From NCBI RefSeq assembly GCF_000981785.2, contig NZ_CP011304.1, forward strand, positions 2,940,001-2,972,000: a DNA stretch of 32,000 nucleotides. The letters are read 5' to 3'. Positions 15,453 to 23,223 of this stretch are shown in pieces. The first letter of the stretch is position 1. Each line of letters starts with the position of its first letter. Below the pieces are notes generated by a model. The model was given only the letters and a program-made list of their open reading frames with translations. It was not told the origin of the DNA and did no database searches. This DNA comes from Microcystis aeruginosa NIES-2549 (GTDB taxonomy: Bacteria > Cyanobacteriota > Cyanobacteriia > Cyanobacteriales > Microcystaceae). Made by a program: the position numbers and the translations under genes.

Positions 15453-16874
15453 ATGACTAAACGTACCTTCGGTGTTATCGGACTAGCTGTCATGGGAGAA
15501 AATCTCGCTCTCAATGTGGAGAGTCGGGGTTTTCCCATCGCTGTTTACAATCGCACCGCCAGCAAAACTCAAGAATTTATGGAAACTCGCGCCGTCGGCA
15601 AAGATGTCAAGGCGGCCTATAGTTTAGAAGAATTCGTCCAAATTTTAGAGCGTCCCCGCAAAATTCTGGTCATGGTAAAAGCTGGCCCGCCGGTGGATGC
15701 CGTGATTGAACAATTAAAACCCCTTCTCGAAGAAGGAGATATGATTATCGATGGCGGTAACTCCCTCTACGAGGACACGGAAAGACGCACCCGCGACCTA
15801 GAATCGACCACTAAACTGGGTTTTGTCGGGATGGGGGTCAGTGGTGGCGAAGAAGGCGCTCTGCACGGTCCTTCCCTGATGCCGGGGGGTACAGAGTTCG
15901 CCTATCGGGAATTAGAGCCGATTTTAACCAAAATTGCCGCCCAAGTCGATGATGGTCCCTGTGTCACTTATGTGGGGTCCGGGGGTGCAGGCCATTATGT
16001 GAAAATGGTTCACAATGGCATCGAGTACGGCGATATGCAGTTAATTGCGGAAGCCTACGATGTGCTGAAAAATGGTCTAGGACTAAGCAATCAGCAGTTA
16101 CAGGAAACTTTCGCCGAGTGGAACCGCACCGATGAGCTTAATTCTTATTTAATTGAAATTACCGCCGATATCTTTAAGTGTGTTGACCCAGAAACCGGCC
16201 ATCATCTGGTAGATTTAATCTTGGATTCGGCGGGACAAAAGGGAACAGGACGCTGGACAGTGTTAAGTTCCTTGGAGTTGGGGGTGCCAATTCCGACCAT
16301 TTATGCTGCGGTTAATGCTCGCGTTATGTCCGCTTATAAGGATGAACGGGTGGCCGCCGCAAAAGAGTTACCCGGACCGGGAGAAACCTATCCGGGGGAT
16401 GCGGCACTATTTGTGGATAAGGTGCGTGATGCTCTTTACTGCTCGAAAATGTGTTCCTATGCCCAGGGTATGGCTTTAATCGCTAAAGCTTCTCAGGAGT
16501 TTAACTATAATATCAGTCTGCCGGAATCGGCCCGCATCTGGAAGGGCGGCTGTATTATTCGGGCCGGTTTCTTGGATAAAATTCGCAAGGCTTTTGCGGA
16601 AAATCCGGGCCTGCCGAATTTGTTGTTAGCACCGGAATTTAAGCAAAGTATCCTCGATCGCCAAGAAGCATGGCGTGAGGTGTTAGTCTTGGCTAATAAG
16701 TTGGGAATTCCCGTCCCGGCTTTTAGTTCTTCTTTGGACTATTTTGATAGTTATCGTCGGGCCAATTTACCGCAAAATCTCACCCAAGCACAACGAGATT
16801 ATTTTGGCGCTCATACCTATGAACGTACCGATAAACCCAGAGGTGAGTTTTTCCATACGGAATGGATGGCCTAA
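15453..16874 (+). CDS. gnd: 6-phosphogluconate dehydrogenase (NADP+-dependent, decarboxylating)
   Basis: 473 aa. The N-terminal Rossmann motif is GVIGLAVMGENLALN. Other matches are ..IIDGGNS.., ..GMGVSGGEEGA.., ..HNGIEYGDMQLI.. and the C-terminal ..QRDYFGAHTYER... Confidence 0.95.
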   Translation: MTKRTFGVIGLAVMGENLALNVESRGFPIAVYNRTASKTQEFMETRAVGKDVKAAYSLEEFVQILERPRKILVMVKAGPPVDAVIEQLKPLLEEGDMIIDGGNSLYEDTERRTRDLESTTKLGFVGMGVSGGEEGALHGPSLMPGGTEFAYRELEPILTKIAAQVDDGPCVTYVGSGGAGHYVKMVHNGIEYGDMQLIAEAYDVLKNGLGLSNQQLQETFAEWNRTDELNSYLIEITADIFKCVDPETGHHLVDLILDSAGQKGTGRWTVLSSLELGVPIPTIYAAVNARVMSAYKDERVAAAKELPGPGETYPGDAALFVDKVRDALYCSKMCSYAQGMALIAKASQEFNYNISLPESARIWKGGCIIRAGFLDKIRKAFAENPGLPNLLLAPEFKQSILDRQEAWREVLVLANKLGIPVPAFSSSLDYFDSYRRANLPQNLTQAQRDYFGAHTYERTDKPRGEFFHTEWMA

Positions 16875-16898
16875 ACGGCAAGGGACTTAAGAGCTTTT

Positions 16899-16935
16899 TC
16901 CCTCCTTTTCTTCGTGATCAAAGGGGGGATTTTTT
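16899..16935 (+). terminator. Rho-independent terminator downstream of gnd
   Basis: The stem tccctccttt / aaagggggga (10 bp, one G-U pair) has an 11-nt loop and is followed by tttttt (16930-16935). Confidence 0.6.
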
Positions 16936-16960
16936 GGCGATATTTTTCTGATTAAGAGTT

Positions 16961-17087
16961 ATACTAAATCCGTTGAGTAATACTAAATCCGTTAAGTATA
17001 TGCTACATATCAGGAGAGGCAAGAGGCAGAAGGCAAGAGGCAAAAGGGGGAATAAATAATCAGTTTTTAATAACCAGATTTAGTCTG
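16961..17087 (+). mobile_element. MITE, copy 3 (about 127 bp): duplicated 5' end, internal AGGCAAN heptamers, degenerate 3' TIR
   Basis: The sequence reads atactaaatccgttgagta|atactaaatccgttaagtat, then ctacatatcagga (shared with copy 1), then aggcaag aggcaga aggcaag aggcaaa (17017-17044), then ggggaataaataatcagtttttaataaccagatttagtct. Confidence 0.75.
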
Positions 17088-17119
17088 ATAGCAAATCAGT
17101 TTTTAATGGGATCATGGCT

Positions 17120-18808
17120 TTAAAAGTCAGACAGAGGAATAATTCCACAGGCTTGAATTTTGCTGAAAACGAGGTGAAGTTGCCACAATAACCAATTGCC
17201 AACTCTCCAGAAAGCCACGGAGTTTTGATGGTCAGCCACCTCGGCAGATGGATAACAAAGATTTTCCTCAAAAATCAACCAATGAACCGGTAAATGACCG
17301 AGGGGAGAATTCGGCTCTAATTGAAAGTTTAGTTGCTCATAATTGAGCCATTGACCTTCCTTCCGCCAACCTAGGCGATCGCCTAGTTTCTTTTGGGTTT
17401 CATAATCCACTAAACCACCGAGACTAGAGAAAATAGCCTGCTGAATACTAAACCCGAAATGACCATTACTATAATGCAGCCAAAGTTGATCAATTTTTTT
17501 CAGTTCCGAACAAGGTAATTGAGCAATATCTTGAGGATAAACCTCATTCCAGTAGGTCCTACCCAAAATTTTCAATAGTAGTTTAGTCGTTTGGCGATCG
17601 GCCGCTTGCCACTGTTGCTGTCTTAGCAAATCTTGTAATTGATTATAATCAAGATCCGCCGATTCTTGAGTTAAGATATTTGGGGAAGTCTGGGGATTTT
17701 TGGAAGTAGAAGATTTGTCAATATTGTTTTGAGTGAATTGAGAAACAACTATTGCCGGGGGATTTTTTGACCTAGTGTCTTTTTGACAAGCCTCTTGTTC
17801 TGCTAAATGATCAGATAATTTATTGATGGTTTTTTCTAGGGAAATAAATTGTGCTGACCATTCACTTTCAGTGAATAAGTAATCATTAAATTGATCAGAA
17901 GAAAAAGCATCTTTTAACCTTGCTTCTTTCTCGTAACCAGTCGCCAGAAAATTCAGCAAAAACTCAGAATTTATTGCTGAATCTGAGGTTTCTAACAGAT
18001 CAGGCTGAGGTATAAAAATATTATCTACCAAATACTTAATTTCTCCAACTGTTGCATAAAATTCTTCATCCACCTTAATGACTTCTTCTATTAATAATTG
18101 AAAAGGAGCAAAATAGTCCTGTAAGTAGTTTTCAAAATTAATCGCATTTTGGGCAAGATCAGCAATTTCTTGGCGAACTCGTTGAGATTTGAGTTGATAA
18201 TGATTTAATTCCTCATAAATTTTGAGTTCTTGAATAATTGCTTGCACAATTTTTTTCTGCTTTTGAGTATCCTCGGCTAATTTCTGAACTCCTTCCCCTA
18301 GTAATTTAGTTTTTCTCAACATCAAAAAAGATGTTTTTCCCAGTAGCAAAATTGCCCGAAAATTTTCCTGTTTTTCCAACTTGAGTTGATCGAGAATATT
18401 TTGATTATTATTATTTTTAATTTCTAACTTTATTCTCTCGTAGTCTAAGATTTTTAATTCTTGATATTTTTGGGAAAATAAAATTTTGAGATTGTCACTG
18501 AGTTGGAGTAAAAAACGATAATATCCGTCTTGATAGATTTCTAGTCCATTAATTAATAAATTATAGTCTTTAATTAATAACTGAGTCTCGATCAAGATTT
18601 CTTGTTGAGTAATTTTTTCTTTTCGTTTAATAATCTTACCAAAATAGTAATGGTAGCGAACTCCTTCTTGAATTAATTTCCGACGTTCCTTGATGATTTT
18701 CTGAAAATTTTTTAAGTATCTATTTTTAAAAACAGGAAGTTGATAGCTTTGCTCATAAATGGCAATTTTTTTATAGGTCATCAGATGTTGAGAGTTCCTA
18801 TTTAGCAT
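17120..18808 (-). CDS. coiled-coil protein with a C-terminal GUN4-like (tetrapyrrole-binding) domain
   Basis: 562 aa. The N-terminal roughly 370 aa are K/E/Q/L/I-rich with heptad-like periodicity. The C-terminal block ..DYNQLQDLLRQQQWQAADRQTTKLLLKILGR....LPCSELKKIDQLWLHYSNGHFGFSIQQAIF..LGDRLGWRKEGQWLNYEQLNFQLEPNSPLGHLP.. is the GUN4 domain signature (about nt 17230-17660). Confidence 0.8.
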   Translation of the reverse strand: MLNRNSQHLMTYKKIAIYEQSYQLPVFKNRYLKNFQKIIKERRKLIQEGVRYHYYFGKIIKRKEKITQQEILIETQLLIKDYNLLINGLEIYQDGYYRFLLQLSDNLKILFSQKYQELKILDYERIKLEIKNNNNQNILDQLKLEKQENFRAILLLGKTSFLMLRKTKLLGEGVQKLAEDTQKQKKIVQAIIQELKIYEELNHYQLKSQRVRQEIADLAQNAINFENYLQDYFAPFQLLIEEVIKVDEEFYATVGEIKYLVDNIFIPQPDLLETSDSAINSEFLLNFLATGYEKEARLKDAFSSDQFNDYLFTESEWSAQFISLEKTINKLSDHLAEQEACQKDTRSKNPPAIVVSQFTQNNIDKSSTSKNPQTSPNILTQESADLDYNQLQDLLRQQQWQAADRQTTKLLLKILGRTYWNEVYPQDIAQLPCSELKKIDQLWLHYSNGHFGFSIQQAIFSSLGGLVDYETQKKLGDRLGWRKEGQWLNYEQLNFQLEPNSPLGHLPVHWLIFEENLCYPSAEVADHQNSVAFWRVGNWLLWQLHLVFSKIQACGIIPLSDF

Positions 18809-18892
18809 AGCTATCTTAGACCAAAAAATTCCTCATTACTTAGCAATAATCATTCGCTGCTCCCATCTCTTGCAAGAGGGAGCAATACCTAA

Positions 18893-19396
18893 TTAAACAT
18901 TTTCAACTTCAACAATAACTGGTTCATTTTCAATAACTGGTTCATTTTCAATAACTGGTTCATTTTCAATAACTGGTTCATTTTCAATAACTGGTTCATT
19001 TTCAATAACTGGTTCATTTTCAATAACAACTGTTTGAGGACTTTCAGGAGTTGGCTCAGTTACCGTTTCTTGCTGCTTTACTGTCTGTTCTTGATGGTCA
19101 GTCAAGTATTTTTTAGTTTTTAATTTCAGGTCATCAGTCAGAGGTAAAGCATCAATTTCAGACAAAAGTGTTTCCAGGGATTCTTGTTTACTTCGCTCGG
19201 CGTAAAAAGCATTCAGAACCGCTTCAATTCCGTACTGAGCAATCGCATCTCCTAGGACAGTAACCAACCCCATCGCTCCAATACCCAGAAAAACTACAAA
19301 GGGTTGTCCGAGGGTCAGAATTAGCACGATGACAGCAATAATAGCCGAAGCTAAATAAGTACCTGCCACTTTTTTGATAATGTTATCGAGTTCCAT
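18893..19396 (-). CDS. small membrane protein (two predicted TM helices) with a C-terminal acidic (I)ENEPV x6 tandem repeat
   Basis: I prefer the ATG at 19396 (MELDNIIKK..), preceded by the SD gaggtga, to the GTG at 19405. The hydrophobic stretches are TYLASAIIAVIVLILTLG and FVVFLGIGAMGLVTVLG. The C-terminus reads TVV(IENEPV)x6 IVEVENV. Confidence 0.6.
   Translation of the reverse strand: MELDNIIKKVAGTYLASAIIAVIVLILTLGQPFVVFLGIGAMGLVTVLGDAIAQYGIEAVLNAFYAERSKQESLETLLSEIDALPLTDDLKLKTKKYLTDHQEQTVKQQETVTEPTPESPQTVVIENEPVIENEPVIENEPVIENEPVIENEPVIENEPVIVEVENV
18914..19021. repeat. perfect 18-bp tandem repeat x6 inside the coding sequence
   Basis: aataactggttcattttc is repeated six times without a mismatch, plus a partial seventh unit. 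It encodes IENEPV in-frame on the minus strand. Confidence 0.95.
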
Positions 19397-19447
19397 AAAA
19401 ATCACCTCAAATTTCTAGCGAAGGATTAGTTTAATTCTAAAGCAAGG

Positions 19448-21472
19448 TTAATCTGTCTGTTGATCGCCGTCAAGTAAAGCTTGAAGAAAAGGTTCAAGAC
19501 TTTTAGGACGATAATCGGAAAAAGCCTTTAATCGTTTTACCACACTGTGATGAACAGTGACAACTTTGGCATTGAAATATCGCCATTGCTCACCTCCCAA
19601 GGCCGACAATCCTTTAACAGTATTATCGAACTTGATGGTCGGGTCTAGTTTAATTGGGAATTCCTCAAATTCAGAGGTGGTTGAGTCAAACTCTAATCCC
19701 AATTTTTTGGCTTGATTAATCATCCATTGTAACGGGTAATCGGAAAGTCCTTGATATTCTTTTTTGCCACCACCTAGACAGGTATGTTCACCCACAAATA
19801 AAACTTCTTTGACAACTTGTTCGGGATTTTCTGGATTGGCTTTTATCGGAGTGGAAGGGAAGTTTTTCCGTTTTTCATCAATGGCAACAGCATGAAAAGC
19901 ATTCTGGATAATCGGACTTAATTTTGTGTTACTAAATTCATATTTTTTATGATAAAACTTAGCCAGGGGAAACCAAGGAGTTAAATCAGGAATACCAAAA
20001 TTGCCAACTGTATCCCAACAACCTAACATCTTAACTGGAATACGATCTTGAAAATCTTCCTTTTCTGTCTCAATTTTTTTAGCATTAGCGGCACGGAATT
20101 GTTGAGCTTTGGCACTATCGGAACTAACGGTGTGGTCTCGATATAGTTGATAAGCTAGGGGAATTTCTTTAATCTTAGAGCGTTTTAGGATTCCACATTT
20201 ATCGATAAAACTAGCCAAACAACGAACGATATATGCGCCTCGACTAAAACCTAACAAATAAATTTCATCCTCGGTTGTGGGATTGTAGTTAAGGACAAGA
20301 AAACGATAGGCATCTTGAATCATTCGATCAAGGCCCCAGCCAAAAGTTTCATTCCCTAAACTTTTAATAAATTCGTTATCTTCGGGGGTGCCAGAACCTG
20401 ACAAAAAGACGATTTGTGGGGTTTGATCCTCGGCAATATACTTAATAGATTCGGCGAATTTAACCACATTGGTGGGGTAAGCACTGGTAGAGTCTTCCCA
20501 AGAACCATCACAGCAAATAATTAACCGTTTTTTCTGGTTTGAATAAGTGAGGATATCCGGTTCAGAAATTGCAGTTTCAGTAATCTCCTCAATTTCATTT
20601 TTGGGAAGAGCAGCTTCTTCAGGGATTATAATTGATTCTGGATTCTCTTCCTGGGAAGGTTCTTGATTTTCAGCTTGAACAGCCTGTTCAACCACTTCGG
20701 TTTCTTCCAGGGAATTAAAAATTGCGTTGACCATTGTTATCCTTCTGGCATTCTTTCTAGCTTTACTGCTAGTCTGAATTTTTGATTTAGGGATCGAGGT
20801 CGGTTTAGAGGGAAGACTATCTAGTTGCCAGGTTGTCCCATAAAGAATACCATGATTGCTATAACTTGTTTGATCCTCGGCACTGCCATTGAGTGATAAA
20901 TAAGTAACTAAGCCAAGGTCATCAACCCGGGGAGATTGATACATCGCTTTTTGGATTTCTTCTTGGCTACGCGCTTGATTCCAAAGAGAAAGTTCTGCAA
21001 GACAACCTTGCCAATAATGGGAGAGATTAACAGAGGCTCCCAAGATGATTTTTTCAACCCCCGTTAAGGCACGGTTATGACCGTTGCCACGATGCCAAAT
21101 GATACCATTGCGATAGATCAGCATTCGGCCCGTGGTCGCATTTTTGACAAAAGCCCAATGAGTCCAATTATTATAATCTTTAAGCTTGACTTTTTTTTCA
21201 ATTCGATCGAAACCTTCTTCATTACCCGCATCCCAAAAAATCGCAGGTTTAACGGAATCGCCCCAGGGCAAGGTAATATGTAGAACGCGGTTATTTTCCT
21301 GATTAACAGCTTCTAAAAGAGTGGTTTCTGTAGCTAAATTATTTTCCCCTTTTGCCCAAAATGTAATGGTAATACTCTGATCGATGTCAAGAAATCCGTG
21401 GGATAAATCAATATGATCATCAATGCCATTAAATTTTAGTACAGAGCGTTGTTCAGCCATTGGTTTTGTCAT
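19448..21472 (-). CDS. LamG/concanavalin-A-like lectin domain fused to a DUF2235 (T6SS Tle1-like) alpha/beta-hydrolase domain
   Basis: 674 aa. The N-terminal roughly 215 aa (..LKFNGIDDHIDL....ITITFWAK....WTHWAFV....IYRNG....LGAS......WQGCLAELSLWN.) fit the Laminin_G_3 pattern. An acidic E/Q/P/S-rich linker follows. The C-terminal domain carries the three DUF2235 hallmarks: RLIICCDGSW, the nucleophile elbow LLGFSRGAYIV, and GCWDTVGNFG. Confidence 0.8.
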   Translation of the reverse strand: MTKPMAEQRSVLKFNGIDDHIDLSHGFLDIDQSITITFWAKGENNLATETTLLEAVNQENNRVLHITLPWGDSVKPAIFWDAGNEEGFDRIEKKVKLKDYNNWTHWAFVKNATTGRMLIYRNGIIWHRGNGHNRALTGVEKIILGASVNLSHYWQGCLAELSLWNQARSQEEIQKAMYQSPRVDDLGLVTYLSLNGSAEDQTSYSNHGILYGTTWQLDSLPSKPTSIPKSKIQTSSKARKNARRITMVNAIFNSLEETEVVEQAVQAENQEPSQEENPESIIIPEEAALPKNEIEEITETAISEPDILTYSNQKKRLIICCDGSWEDSTSAYPTNVVKFAESIKYIAEDQTPQIVFLSGSGTPEDNEFIKSLGNETFGWGLDRMIQDAYRFLVLNYNPTTEDEIYLLGFSRGAYIVRCLASFIDKCGILKRSKIKEIPLAYQLYRDHTVSSDSAKAQQFRAANAKKIETEKEDFQDRIPVKMLGCWDTVGNFGIPDLTPWFPLAKFYHKKYEFSNTKLSPIIQNAFHAVAIDEKRKNFPSTPIKANPENPEQVVKEVLFVGEHTCLGGGKKEYQGLSDYPLQWMINQAKKLGLEFDSTTSEFEEFPIKLDPTIKFDNTVKGLSALGGEQWRYFNAKVVTVHHSVVKRLKAFSDYRPKSLEPFLQALLDGDQQTD

Positions 21473-21599
21473 CGACTGGGGAAAAAGAGGGAATGCTACC
21501 GCCTAGCTTAACACATTTTAGTTATCTAGCGATATATATAAATAAATGTGTAAGTAGATGGGCGTAAAAAACTCTAAGATACCCCCGCCTGTCGGCACT

Positions 21600-21628
21600 C
21601 CCCTTATTAAGGGGGGCAGGGGGGATCG
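21600..21628. repeat. GC-rich hairpin repeat, intergenic copy
   Basis: ccccttattaaggggggcaggggggatcg (stem cccctta/taagggg) nearly matches 31768-31797, which lies inside the NRPS coding sequence. Confidence 0.75.
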
Positions 21629-21825
21629 AGTGCAAAACCTATCTTCTATTTAATTGCAAACAGCTACTTAGGAGTCAACGACTAATATTCCAGAGCCGGC
21701 ACTTGCTGGGGCCAGAAACTCAGAGTAGTTGACCCCAATCCCTATCGCCATCAATAGGCTTTGGTGGGATGCTCATGGCTGATTAACATCCCTCCCGGGG
21801 CCTGTTAACAGCAAACCCTAGGTAC

Positions 21826-22995
21826 TTATTGTAACTCTGACCAAATTCCGCGGCATCGCTCTACAATTAGTCCCTGAAAAATTAATTGGGTTGCGGGATG
21901 AATCTCTACTTTATACAGAGCAAAAAGACCTGTTGGACTATTTAGATTCAACTCCCTTCGCGTTAGAGATAAAGCTTTTGTTCGGTGTATTTCCACCGCT
22001 TTTAGTAAGCCTGGATAACTAATATTACGCAGGGACAATTGACCATTTTTTGTGAGATAAATAGCATCATTCTGCAAGAGATATTCCAAGCTGATCAAAC
22101 TAGCGTGGACATCCACATCTTTTTCTAAACCCCCTAAACGGTGAGCATCTAAACCAAAGCGAATGCAGAAATTAACAGCGACTAATTTTCCCGCTTCTTC
22201 GGCAGGTAAAGCACAATCGGCAAATTCAAAGCCTAAACTATCTGAGCGCCACTCCTCGACTCCGGCATAGGTATAGTTTTGAAACAGTTTATTTTTGAGT
22301 TTCAAGTCAAATCCCAACCCACTAGCATGACCCGCTTCATGGAATTGGGTATCGAGATGACGATAGCGTTCACCATTAATTTGATCCTCTAGGGGTCCTA
22401 ATAGTAAATCGGCCGTTTCTGGCTCAAAAATTTTTCGGATACATTCGTAGCTAGAGCCAGAAAAGCGTCTTTTTTGCTCACTGGCATTATTTAAAGCTGG
22501 CCCTTGAACACTATTGGGAAAAGTCCACCTATGGGGAACGATAAAAGCCTCCCCCTTTTCACCTTTAATCGTGCCACAACTGGCAATTTCAGTAAAGGAT
22601 AAATTTCTGGGAATCGGTTGTCTTAGACTGCCAAATTTTTCACGAGTTAAGCTTTCTAGTTGTTCGATAGAAGGTTGACTATTTTGGTGAATTTTTCCGT
22701 AAATCGCACTCAAAGTGAGTTGTCGTTCTCCCTGACGATTGATGCGATAGGGAGCAATCATCAGAAAATAACCATTTTTGCCGATAAAATTCAGATTAAT
22801 GAAATCTTCTGATAAAATGCTCCAGTCGTTGGTTTCTAAAGCCTCTGCTGTTTTCCACAGCCACTGAGCCGGAATTTCACAGCTATCTGCTTCCTGTTGA
22901 CGCAGTTTTTTCGCCGCAATCGCAATTTTATTTTGTTCGATATCTTGGACGATTTCTTGGAAGAACTGTTGTTGATTGACCAGAGTTTGATTCAT
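21826..22995 (-). CDS. hypothetical protein with zinc-metallopeptidase-like HExxH and downstream EExR motifs
   Basis: 389 aa. ..DTQFHEAGHASGLG.. is followed about 25 aa later by ..GVEEWRSDS... This pattern is reminiscent of the HExx(x)H / EExR(A/S)(E/D) motif pair of M49 (DPP III-like) peptidases. The family assignment is inference only. Confidence 0.45.
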   Translation of the reverse strand: MNQTLVNQQQFFQEIVQDIEQNKIAIAAKKLRQQEADSCEIPAQWLWKTAEALETNDWSILSEDFINLNFIGKNGYFLMIAPYRINRQGERQLTLSAIYGKIHQNSQPSIEQLESLTREKFGSLRQPIPRNLSFTEIASCGTIKGEKGEAFIVPHRWTFPNSVQGPALNNASEQKRRFSGSSYECIRKIFEPETADLLLGPLEDQINGERYRHLDTQFHEAGHASGLGFDLKLKNKLFQNYTYAGVEEWRSDSLGFEFADCALPAEEAGKLVAVNFCIRFGLDAHRLGGLEKDVDVHASLISLEYLLQNDAIYLTKNGQLSLRNISYPGLLKAVEIHRTKALSLTRRELNLNSPTGLFALYKVEIHPATQLIFQGLIVERCRGIWSELQ

Positions 22996-23223
22996 TTTTT
23001 TGGTAGCTAAGTTGGTGTAATGGTTTAACGTTGTTTTTTGACCCGTCTCTCATCGGCTAAACTCTTAGCCATTTTAAGATTTTAGGGTCTTTGTCATAGC
23101 GATAGGTCAGTCCATCTTTCGCCGTAATTGATTTTCCCTGACTGGCTTTGTTTCTAATGCTACTGAGGGAATAGTCGCTTAATTCCTTCATTTGTGCATG
23201 GGAAAGTCCCTCTTCGACTTCTG

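Noticed and set aside
17080-17271. 63-aa minus-strand ORF overlapping the 3' end of the GUN4 gene
   Set aside because: It is an alternative frame over the conserved GUN4-gene C-terminus and extends into MITE copy 3. No support.
18914-19021. Possible CRISPR or non-coding satellite
   Set aside because: The 18-bp units are contiguous (no spacers) and lie in-frame within an ORF that has a good RBS and TM helices. It is a coding tandem repeat.
21077-21283. 68-aa plus-strand ORF inside the LamG domain coding region
   Set aside because: It is antisense to a domain with clear LamG-type sequence features. No RBS or motifs.
23057-23191. 44-aa minus-strand ORF (MKELSDYSLSSIRNKASQGKSITAKDGLTYRYDKDPKILKWLRV) between the ABC exporter and the HExxH gene
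   Set aside because: It is too short to judge. It has a vague HTH-like look and could be a gene fragment, but I see no convincing RBS or family signature. It is worth a tBLASTn check but is not reported as a feature.
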